Assembly: GCF_947568905.1 (NCBI RefSeq)
Contig: NC_079172.1
Span: 15,810,001 to 15,874,000, forward strand
Source of the DNA: Ostrea edulis
Taxonomy: Eukaryota
Length of the DNA stretch: 64,000 bases
Direction of reading: 5' to 3'
Position numbers and translations under genes: made by a program. Each line of letters begins with the position of its first letter. Position 1 is the first letter of the stretch. The notes under the pieces are model-generated. The model was not told where the DNA came from. It saw only the letters and a program-made list of their open reading frames with translations, and did not search any database. Below, in pieces: positions 25,901-37,160 of this stretch.

Positions 25901-27211
25901 CAAGTTCTTTTTCATATTTGGCCCATCGTCTGGCATAATCTTGGACAGAATTCATGACAGAGATTATGTTCTGTCGGTATTTTTTTTTTTTTTTTTTTTT
26001 TAAGTTCTGTCGGTAATTGAAAGATCGATATTCTCTGTATTTAAGACCTTTTAGAATAATTAAGTGATTTGAGGTCCTCATTTTCAACTATATCAACATA
26101 ATCAGTTATGACATGTCTAGCTGGTCTATAGTTAAAATAAGACGACGAAGTGGATTAAGTATAAGATGGTCTATATCTAGGCACTGCAGAGTTTGTTTAT
26201 AATTACAAAGTTTGGATGCAATAGTAGAGGTGTATTTGTAGAGAAATGGGTGTAGACTTGAATAAGAGTAAACTTTCTACAGTTCATACTCCATCTTTAG
26301 AAATTCAACATCCGTTAATTTACAAGCAGGAAAACTCGCCCATTCGTATGAATATATCATCAGATGTTCAACGACAAGAAAATGGCTATGACTATGGTTT
26401 ATTTGCCATTGCTAATTTAGTAGAATTTTTTTTTTAAATTACTCAAACTTTAACTGAATGAAAAACAACGTTCGAGACGAAAAATATGAGAAATCATTTA
26501 TTTAGAAAATGGTGCGTTTATAAAAATTTCCAAAAATTCTGAAATTGGTACAGCGCATTAGAACGAGATTTAAAACCAAATAATATGATCATTGGGTACT
26601 GTTGTTCCTATAGGTTTCCGGATAGGGCAGGTAAAATGGTCGGATGTGATTTCAAGTTAGGTAGAAAACGTTGCATCACATGGAAACATTCAAAATGTGT
26701 TATTCTTAATAGATTGAAATATAAAACGATTTTACCTATATTATGACTCGAAAGCCCTTGGTCCATAGATGAATTTTCTGTTTACCGAATGAAAATACGA
26801 TTATAACTTTAGGAAGTATCAGCGTCTAGATACAATGCCGACTCCTTTAATTTAGTCACGATTTTTTTTTCAACCTCTCCTCAATCTGACACGATTTTCC
26901 TGGTAGCCCTTGGTCCATAGATGGTTTAGTCGTTAACCGAATAAAGATACAAGGAATATTCTAATGGTTATCCGCCATTACTCAATGACGACTACATCGT
27001 TCTGTCTTCATTTTCTTTTCTTTTTTTTTTTACTTCTCCTCATTCCGGGATGATTTATACATAAATTTTGTCAAATTAACTTAAATAGCTTTATTCATTC
27101 TGGTAGCCCTTGTTCCAGAGATGTTCTGTCTTTTTACCGAATTATATCATTTCATATCAGTGGAGATATTGACTCTCTTTCACATCACTACACTATTCCG
27201 GCGGCGTTTAG
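23000..27211. mobile_element. DNA transposon relic with long imperfect TIRs carrying a decayed Ulp1/C48 protease-like ORF (+ strand)
   Basis: CTAAACGCCG...GAGTCAATATCTCC at the left is mirrored at 27160-27211. Subterminal TGGACCAAGGGC motifs are inverted at both ends. Peptides QIHYTCRYHWVLS (about 24130) and VQRQENGYDYGLFAIANLVEF (about 26370). Confidence 0.7.
24228..26090 (-). mobile_element. Longer decayed Penelope-like retroelement inserted into the 23000-27211 transposon
   Basis: KGLKYRE, DKPCNNIVFICK, KTYDFSTLYLTIPHDKL, FLIDNIFV RT motifs with multiple frameshifts; same 3' terminus GGTGAAGATAACGAACAGTGATC as the 8.1 kb copy. Confidence 0.85.
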
Positions 27212-27216
27212 CATGC

Positions 27217-27276
<60 letters not shown>

Positions 27277-28728
27277 TCATCTTGGTTGTAGTTATAATGA
27301 GTTGTAAGATATCGTAAGATTTCTTCAGCAGAATAGGTGTATCTCAATACCAAAATTTTAATTTTAGATTATTCCTTATTTGTAAACGTAATCAATAATT
27401 ATCCACGACAGACAGCAAACTTTATATTTAATTCCTATAAAATCAGACAGCAAAAATTACATAGAAATTGATAATCCCATATCACCATTCGCATGTATAT
27501 ATACAATGTTATGATACATATATATTGATTCAAAGTGACATATAGGTCCGTTTGGGCCAGGTGTTCAATAATTTATGTACTTTGTAAAATGTTGTGAAAT
27601 ATTGTATTTTAAAACACATGTCACTATAATAAATAAATTACTTACTTACTTGTAACATATCGCCAAAAATTAAGCCAATAAAATGATTGTTGCATTTGTT
27701 GGCCTAATCATTACAAGACTAAATTGCAGTAAGTCGCCGAAAAGATGTCGACAATACACGTACATGTGTATGTCAGTTTTATGCTCAAAATAAATAGCTT
27801 GTGATGATATGACTATGGTTCAAGGTCACTTTTTGACGGTTTTCCAGGCTTACAAGAGTCATATGACCTCTGGATAAAATTCTGACTCCGCACTTTAATA
27901 TTTGTTATGTTTGAAACTTGCTAAACAGTTCGTTTTTCGTCACAGTTGATCCATTTTTAAGAGTTATACATGTAACTCCTTGCACAAAGCTCATTTTCTG
28001 CTTTGTTTTATTTAGTTTGCTTTGAAATATTGATACGATTTTACAGGCGTGGACCTAGTAAGCGTCAATAATATTGACAAATGCAAAATGTACTTTCAGA
28101 AGAACCTATGCCCATTTTCTCAACAGAGGGCACATTGCACCAAACGTATTTAGTTTACTCAGCACTGTTCAATATGGGTAATACTACACTTGTATGTAAA
28201 GCGTCCATCTGTATCACCACCTTTGCTGACCTTGGTCTTGCCAAATTAAAAAAAGGGTTAGGGTCAATAAAATCTAAACAACAATGCTTTATGAAAATTC
28301 ATGATTTAATTTAATGACTATTTACAACTTCACGATCCATTAGGTGGCCAATAATCTTCCGGTAGGTGTAAAGCACACGGAACAGGAAGATAATCGTGAT
28401 TGACAGGGGGTAAGTTGCCAGACAGTGTGTGCTCATTCACGTATCACGTGATATAATACCAATGTACAAAGGTCCTGAAAATATAAAGGATCTTTTTTAA
28501 AAAAAACAAAAACCAAAAAAAAACATTGATTTACAATTTGGAATAGTTATATAAATTGTAAAATATCTTGCATTTAGGAAAGTCACAGTATATGTTTTTA
28601 GGGGCAGATGAATTAAACTTTCAAAAATATTTGTGAATTTGAAAATTAATTAAAAGTAACTGACAGTTGAGAAATCATCAATGAACATACGTAGTGTGGG
28701 TGATCAAATGTGTTTATCCATTGGTTAT

Positions 28729-29632
28729 TCAGCCCGTGATGGTGGTGGTATTAAACAGCAGGGGGATGAGGAACAGCAACACTGAAATAAAACAGAGAAA
28801 TCACAGATTAAAACGCTGTGTATTGTACAAAGAAATAAAACAGAGATATCACAGGTTAAAACGTTGTAACTTTGTACCAGCTGTGAAAATATTTCATGTG
28901 AATCTTATCAAACTTGTTTAAATATAAGTGGGTTTAAAGAGTACAAATAACAATATTGATATATTTTAATATACTGCACATTGTTCAGCTCGATCGAACT
29001 AATATGTACGTTTGTACGTACAAATGTACATCTGATATACGGTTATCGTATACTTCTAGGTATGTCACGGGGAGCAACCCATGTTCTGTATTCAACTGTC
29101 CATAAATCAGGTAGAACTGAATAAAATGATTGAAGAATTGAATATGAATTTAAGATGAGGATCGTTAACTAAATAGGGTTAAACCATGATTTCTTTTATC
29201 TTATGACATACGGAGTAGACTACTAGCTCCATTTCCAAAGAGTCCATTGTCTTGGTTGTCCATTGCACCAGCCATCATCAGAGGATTCATGACGGGTGGA
29301 GGGGGAAGTGGTTGTTGAACTGGCACAGGGACGGCGTATGGGATATATACAGCAGTGTTTGTCTGTTGGTGTTTTTTCCCGTGTCTACCATATCCACTAC
29401 CGTAACCTCCATATCCACCTCCGTAACTTCCATATCCACTACCGTAACTTCCATATCCACCCCCGTATGATCCGTATCCGGATGATCCACCTCCGTACAT
29501 TCCATATCCGCCACCATATCCACTTCCACCGGATCCATAGCCGGAATACCCGGAGGATCCATACCCTGCAGCCAGTGTAGTGGCAACACCCATGGCGAGC
29601 ACGAGAGCGATGGTGGAATATGTGGATCTCAT
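28729..29632 (-). CDS. Secreted Gly/Tyr-rich shell-matrix-like (shematrin/prisilkin-type) protein, 157 aa; coding exons 29212-29632 and 28729-28781
   Basis: TTTCAG|ATG start. Signal-peptide-like MRSTYSTIALVLAMGVATTLAA, GYGS/GGYG repeats, YIPYAVPVP, poly-Pro. The phase-1 GTATGT donor joins TTTCAG|TG to give ...GASSLL-LLLFLIPLLFNTTTITG*. Confidence 0.85.
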
Positions 29633-29880
29633 CTGAAACATTGAATGCAATTCATCAAATCGAATGAAGAATATAGCTGATCCGGCACTGTCGAGTGCCT
29701 GTCACCACCTCCATTTTGGTTTATCATTGGATTCAGTATTTTAACACACGATATATTTTCATCAAATTATTGATCTGTTTTTATTTCAATTATGGAATGT
29801 TGTATTTATCACAATTTTGATATTAGTACTGAGTAGATTGAACTTGAAGGGGTGAACTCTCTGCCAGTAGATTTACTTAC

Positions 29881-29935
29881 CTTTAGAATCAAAGGCGTTC
29901 TGCAAGGAGTTCTGCTTTGCTTACTGGTTTATATA
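29881..29935 (-). promoter_or_regulatory. TATA box and short non-coding exon 1 of the Gly/Tyr-rich gene
   Basis: TATATAAA on the minus strand near 29928-29935; AAG|GTAAGT donor with the exon ending at 29881. Confidence 0.6.
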
Positions 29936-32282
29936 CTAGTCCATACGTAATCTCAACCAGGAAAGTCGTGACCTTTAGTTAGCCAAGTCGACCGTTGCAA
30001 TGAAATTCAACTGTTTTAAAGATTGACGGAGCCTATTACCGAAAAATATCTAAACATAGCAAGATTTTGGCATGAAATTGTGCAGCGTGATGTTAAGTTT
30101 CGCTAAGATTTTCTAATGGACATGGGTACAGCCCATTGACTTCCCGCGGGTAAGTGTACCTTATGCAACATTCATGTACAATTTTATATGTAATGCACCC
30201 AACCCAACTTAAGGTTTTGAGGCTATTCATCACTGACAATTCTTATACAAAGTCAAAAGGTATTTGATTAATTTAATGAAATCAATACGCTATTTTATTT
30301 TCATCATAATTAACTCTTTATTACCACAAGACTGTGTACTGATTAGTCTCTCAAATTAAAACAAAAATTTCTATCTTAGACTTATACTCCACAATATGAA
30401 ATACATTTGCACTAATTAACTATTGTGTTATTTTATCACGCTAAGTATAGGACGTTTCTGAAATGAGGGGGTGGAATGGTAACGAAAACAAGAAATTCTG
30501 GAAAAAGCAGAATGTTTCACCCATTTTTTTTGTAAGAAAAATTGTGTTTTGTGTGAAGTAACTGGGAACTATACATTGCAGTGGAATATAGACGATATCA
30601 AACTGTTACAGATTTTTTTCTACGCAGTCATTGATACTTATAGAGGCTCCCTTTTTAAAAGTATACGCAAACAAGTTTGATATACAGACAGTGTTTTTAC
30701 CTAGGCCAAGATGTAAATCTCTACATTAGAATATGCATTTGAATAGAATCGATTCTATCTCTCCCACAACCAGCGGATTCCCAATTCACTAAACAGAGAG
30801 AGAAAACATTAAAACGATGTAATAACCCCCCCCCCCCCCCCAAAAAAAAAACCCCAACCCAAACTATAAATCATCCACACCAAATTAGTAAACTCTGTAG
30901 AAATGACTATCATCACGCCAGAGTTTTTCTGTGTTCATGATTTTGTGAATATTTCTCACAATTCTGTCAAGTTATAAATGTATGAATAAATAGCTGATCT
31001 GAAATTTTAGGCCTTTGGGGACACCTATTGCGACCAGTAATTATCGGTTGTCCTTTGTTGTGTATCAACTTTTGAACATACATTGTATACTGAATTAAAC
31101 TTTCTCTGAAAGTACATGGCTATTTGTCATTTTGTTTAGGGTAAGGGGTACTAAAATCGGGAATTCCATGGTCATTGCACTTACGAAGCCTGGAGTGGTG
31201 GAGTCTAAATCATTAGAATGATGCAAGTGGGGGAAAAAACTTTACTCAAGAACATGAAAAAGTGAAGGGAATGACTCCCATAAAGAATATAAAATTAAAA
31301 CCAGGACAAACACGGACCCCGCGACACACCAGAAGTGGGATCAGGTGCCAAGGGGGAGTATAAGGAGACTGTATAGGCATGTTGAACAAGGATGTATATT
31401 GACCAAAATTGTGAAATTCCCTGCCCTGGGTACAAGTGTTAGTGTGGGCTTTATGGTTCATATAAAGACAATTATTTCTTTAAAAATTTGTCCCTACTCC
31501 TGAGCATCTAACAGTGAAATGAAGTACATATAGTAGTCGTTTTACTAAAATATGAAATTCACACCTGGGTCAAGGGTTCTGTAACTTTGAGTGTGGCTTT
31601 ATGCTGATTATGTTGAACTACATGCATGTATACGAGGAGCATGAATCCCTTAATCAAAAGTGTGAATTAAACTCATAAGCTCTAGAGTGGGGTCTAAATT
31701 GGTATAAAACAAAAATTGCATTTAAAATTTTTCATTACTTCTGTGTACTGTGAAAAAATACTGCTTACATTGTAACGAAAAGCATGCTGCTGTCTATTCC
31801 CTAGCCCTAGGCGAGACAAGGCAGGGCCCAGACGGTGCATTTGTACTTGGTAAAAATGCATTTGATCTTTATAAACCATCTTCTTTCATATATTTTATGT
31901 ATGGTTATGGAGTGCATGTAGCCCTCTAACAAAGTTGTGAAATTTCCTCTCTGTTTCTGGGGTTCATTTTTGTTATTAATAATCAGTGGTTCCGTCCCTA
32001 GGATAGTGTTAAGCAGGTAAAAGAGTGATGATATATTTCATCTAGTGAATCCTCTTTACTTTGTGTACTGTGACAAAACACTGATGTGAAGTTAATATGA
32101 AGATGTGCATGACTTGTACCAAAATTGTGGAAATTCCATGACCCCTGGATTGCTTATCGCGACATTAGGGAGTGACAATCATATACTATATGAAATCCAG
32201 AACATGATTTTTTTTGGGGGGGGGGGGGGGGGGGGGGGTGAAGCTAAGAACAACTCGTATTAATTTCTTAAAAGAAAGAAGA

Positions 32283-32405
32283 AGATACTGAACAGTGATC
32301 AATCTCATTACTCCTATAAGCAATACAAAATAGATAGTTGGGCAAACACGGACTCCTGGATACACCAGAGGTGAGATCAGGTGCCTATAGGGCTAGGAGG
32401 AGTAA
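32283..32405 (-). mobile_element. Short 3'-end fragment of the Penelope-like family (others at about 11405-11425, 31295-31370, 60310-60382)
   Basis: GAACAGTGATCAATCTC..GGGCAAACACGGAC..CACCAGAGGTG.GATCAGGTGCC matches the 8.1 and 24.2 kb termini. Confidence 0.75.
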
Positions 32406-33644
32406 CACCATGTTTGATTGAGTTGTCCTTTAAACATTTGTTGCAATATTACGCAGGTGCACCATTAAAGCCCATCTGCCTCTTGTTTTTAGTCTAACAG
32501 CATACCTGGATTTTTCTTTTTCTTGATGACTAAAACATATTAAGTATACATTTTTTTCACTGTGAAAGAAACAGAGGAGAAAATTCTTTTAGCCTTACCT
32601 ATAAAAAAACCCAACTTTATTGATTCAAAATTTATTAACAATGCAAAACAAACATACATTGTACATGTACATGCAGATTACATCAAATTGTGCAAGATAT
32701 CTTTAATACTCGCCAACATAATACAGGGCAGTCAACATCGTGATATTCTGTTGTTACAACAGGAAATAAATACAATCGCCTCCAAAACATATATCACAGA
32801 TTTCGTTTACAGGATTCTGCACAAATGTACATAGATAAAATAGATGTGTATTTTTTTTTCAACAATATTTCATGTACATTTTGTGAAATTAATAATAATG
32901 TGCATTTAAATAATCCTTGAACACAAACAAAAATGAACTTATTAATTGAACAATTAACAATTATATATAATCAAGAAAACTTTCCTGGTCTGCATCCTCT
33001 AGGGCACAGAGGTCATTATCCCATAGCAAAGAGGACAATTAATCTAAACAAGTAAGAAATACACACTGAAATGAAACCTGACAAGAGTGTTAAAGAGAAG
33101 TAGATGTAAAATGCATTTTAATGGTTAAAACTCTTCTAGCAACATTTCACAAAAATTAAATCAAGTTGTCCATTTCAAATATTGAGCTGTACTTTGAATC
33201 TGTTTTTCACTATAAATGAAGTTGTAACATTGAAATACTTTTTAAAAATGCATCCAAAACTAGTAAAACTATAAAAATTATAGTGTACTCCTCAAGTATG
33301 TTAAGCACCACTCGGTCTTTTCCATGTATAATTGTAACAAACAATATCAATAATTTATCATCCAATGTCCTTGCAGTATTTTTTTGATTATCATTCTCTT
33401 AAAGAAATTCACAATATGCCAATCTATGTTTTTCTACAAAATGCATATTCTTATTTTCCAATGGATCTCGATACCAGGTATCCGGTATAATGAAGGGTAT
33501 GGTGTTATATTGCAGTATTTGCTATCCATATGCATGGACCGGCCATCAATGGCATATCTTTGCTTTCAATTTGCATATTGTTTTATGTCAAGTCTATGGA
33601 ATCAACTTTTTAACAATGAATGGGGAAAGAATCAACCTTAATAC

Positions 33645-33775
33645 CATTAGCATTACTCAATCAACACCGGAATTAAACAACATTATCACTCAATCAACAC
33701 CAGAATTAAACAACATCACTCAATCAACACCAGAATTAAACAACACTATCACTCAATCAACACTGGAAACAACAT
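33645..33775. repeat. ~30-bp minisatellite ATCACTCAATCAACACCAGAATTAAACAAC
   Basis: About 4 units. Confidence 0.85.
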
Positions 33776-34176
33776 CAATAGAGAGTTTTGGTTGTTGCTT
33801 TGGGAACTTCATAATGATTTCTACATGAAGTAATTTAGAATTTACAAGTTTAAAGCTTATTGTACCATAAACTGCTGTTTTATCATTTTCATAAAGAAAC
33901 AATTTTCTCATCTTGAGTTTGAACTATGGTAATTTAATGTTCAATGTGTATTTATCATGCTTATGTATTATGCACTAACTAAAGATATTGTTAAAAGTAC
34001 ATGTATGCAAATACACAACGATTACATGTATATACATTGTATGCCTTTTAGTCTGCTGTTGTTTACAAAATTTTTAATTTTTGTAAAAATTGAGTGGCAG
34101 TTATTCTTAGTCAGTTAATTGGTTGGTTTGGGAAATTTTCATTTTTAACGTGATCTTTCACTCAATCAACAGCTTA

Positions 34177-34286
34177 AGGAGATGCTAATGTAACAGCCTG
34201 AGGAGATGCTAATGTAACAGCCTAAGGAGATGCTAATGTAACAGCCCGAGGAGATGCTAATGTAACAGCCTGAGGAGATGCTAATG
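34177..34286. repeat. 24-bp minisatellite GAGGAGATGCTAATGTAACAGCCT
   Basis: About 4.5 units. Confidence 0.9.
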
Positions 34287-37039
34287 TAATAGTAATGTAC
34301 GATAAATCTTAAGTATAGGAAAATTAAAATACAAAAATTCATGTTTACAAATCCGAGTGATGCTAACCATTTTCTGAGGAGTCTATTCTGGACACTTGTA
34401 TATGAAAATAAAATTATAAACATCAAACAATATTTTTTTATCTTTAGAATTTTAATGATAAAAAAAGAAAAAGAAATAAATAAAAAAAAAACAACTATAA
34501 ATATCAAAATCACATCTTGCATGTTAACCTGTTTTCTTGATGAACATATGATTTTCATTGACTTTCAGGATTTTGTTCACAAGTACAAAACCCTGCTGGA
34601 CTGGTGTGAAATATACAATACATGTAAACAAGAATTAACAAATACATTGTACTAATTAAATCATAATCAGACTGCAGGTGACAGTCATACTAAGACTAGT
34701 TCAGGCATTAATCAACATATGATGCAAATAAAAAATAAACATTAATGGACAGTAATAAAATCAATAATGAGTTATATGTATAATACTGTACATATATTCT
34801 CTGATTTGTGATAAAAACAACAATGGAGATATTTCATTGGACGGATATCTTTGTAAATTAAAGAAATGAAGAAATGTGATATTTTTTCAAAATGCAAAGT
34901 TACAAAACCCATGTTCATGTGGCACCTGCGATGATGCAGTATGAAAAAAAAAATCCATAAAGTAAAAGATTTAAGTACAAAGTGCTAATTTATATATATG
35001 TTCCAAAATTAAAGTATTCAATATCATTATTCCTTTTTCTGCTGTACATCGATCATGTATCATTATAACATTATGAATTCCATATTTCTTTAAATCATAT
35101 CAATTAGAGAGGGACAAAATATTCAATCATTTGAATGCATGCTTTATTTTATATAATAAACATTCAGCACAGCTACAGTATTAAATTTTCGTCTTTTCCC
35201 TAGATGTTTATATATCCTCCCCTCCTCCAGATGCATCGTGGGAACCCATGGGTATTCTCGACGATACTCCTAATGCTTCCATTTGATACAGTGCCTTATT
35301 TCCCTACTACCAACTTTTGATACAATTCTTAACAGAAATGCAAAGTTTTAAAAGAGCAAACTCATAGCATACACGGTTATTAATGAAAATCAACATAATG
35401 AAGAAATATTATGTAGTCCAACTAATACACGCACATGTACATTGTAGTTCAGAAGAAAAGCTACTCAATGTTTCAGCTTAATGACAAGTGTGTCAGGGGG
35501 AAGGATTTAGAACTCTCGGATTCCAGGGCACTATTCAAAGCATGAAATCATACACCTTGAATTTTTTCTCTCTCTTCATTATTTATAGCTGAAAAGTACC
35601 TCGATAGACCTCACTAAATACCTTAATAGCTAATACCAAATCACATCTGAGTGTAAATGATTTTAGCTCAACCATGTGAAAGTGAAACACAGGAACCTGA
35701 AGTGTGTATAAATCTTTTGTACACTGTACATACCCCCCCCCCCCCCCCCCCCTACTCAAGGAAAGAATAAATATAGAACAATCAATGATTTATTCAAAAT
35801 AAGTGATTTTTCCACTGATTACCTTCACAAGTAACTCTGCATAGTCAGTTTATACTTTCTAAAAGCTTTGAAGATGACCACTTGTGAGATACTAATATAT
35901 TTTTATACAAAATGAAATATTTTGGATAAATTAATTTATTTTTTCATTGGTCAGACTAGGGGGTGGGGGGGTGTACGTAAGATCTATACATGCTATCCAT
36001 ACTTCAGGTGCCTGTGATGTGAAAGTGTATAGGGTTGTGAGTCCATATTACTCCATTTGTATTCTACTGGTTTGTTGCTTAAACTGTCAAAATCAAAACA
36101 ACGAGACAAATTGTAGCAAAGTAGATATAATATCTTTTTCTGCTAAAAAATATAACCAGTATTCATTGGGGGAAATATTGCATTTCAATGCTGAGCCATA
36201 ATCCAATTCAATATCATAATATGTCGCTGGTCGATGTTAGAAGACTTACTACATCTGAGCAAGTCGATATGATTACAATCACTAAATTTGCAATATAGCT
36301 AAATATGGATTGTCTATGGAAACTAAATTTGGTCAAAAAATACTGAAATGTCCCCTCAACTTTCCTATACCTCACCAATATTATGCATTAATTATGAATT
36401 GATATGGAATGTCAGGGAATTAAAATGTAAGCTTATAAATTTCAAATATTACACCAGCTCCAACATTTATCAATGATACATGATATTTTCAATATTACCA
36501 TATATGTAATTTCTTTTAATTCATATTGAAAAGTCATGTTATCAATCACTTAATATAATGGTACTTATTATGATCGATACAAAATATCTATAGCACATAA
36601 TTATCACGTTTACTTTTTCCTGCATCAAATAAGATGGCGTTAAATACAATTGTTTTTACACTGCTAATGGCAGTCACTAATTCCTGATGCATTTCTGTCA
36701 TAATACTTTGCCATTTGCTGGTGCCAGCACCACAACAAATTCAATCTTAATACCTTGATTATTAAGACAAAAATGTATGAAACAATGTACTGGTATTTTC
36801 TGTTCAAGTATTTCAACCATTCTTCCTGAATAAAATACCAATCCTTTCAACAACAAAAAAGAAAAAAAAAAAGGTTCATACCTGTGCACTGACCTTTTTG
36901 TAAAGCATATTACATGTAGCTTGAATGATTTAAGTTAATCACAAGCTTTGGATACATGGACATTACTGTAAAACTCCAGATATTGAATACAAATGCTTTC
37001 CAATGGAAATCAGCCTTTTACCAATATACCCTGCATAGT

Positions 37040-37160
37040 TTATTCCAATCCAAAGCCCTCTGCATTTTGAATGGCATGAATCAACTTGAGTTTCATTGTC
37101 TTTTTGTTTTTGTAGGCTGGCAGAACCAGCATATTGAAACAGGTGTGGGACATAGGCAAC
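37040..37160 (-). CDS. HECTD2: HECTD2 last coding exon (catalytic Cys)
   Basis: LPMSHTCFNMLVLPAYKNKKTMKLKLIHAIQNAEGFGLE*. Confidence 0.95.

Noticed and set aside
29252-29589. Alternative-frame ORFs over the Gly/Tyr-rich gene
   Set aside because: These are shadow frames of low-complexity coding sequence.
33490-33828. 112-aa ORF with TQSTPELNN repeats
   Set aside because: It is driven by a 30-bp minisatellite downstream of HECTD2, with no splice or homology support.
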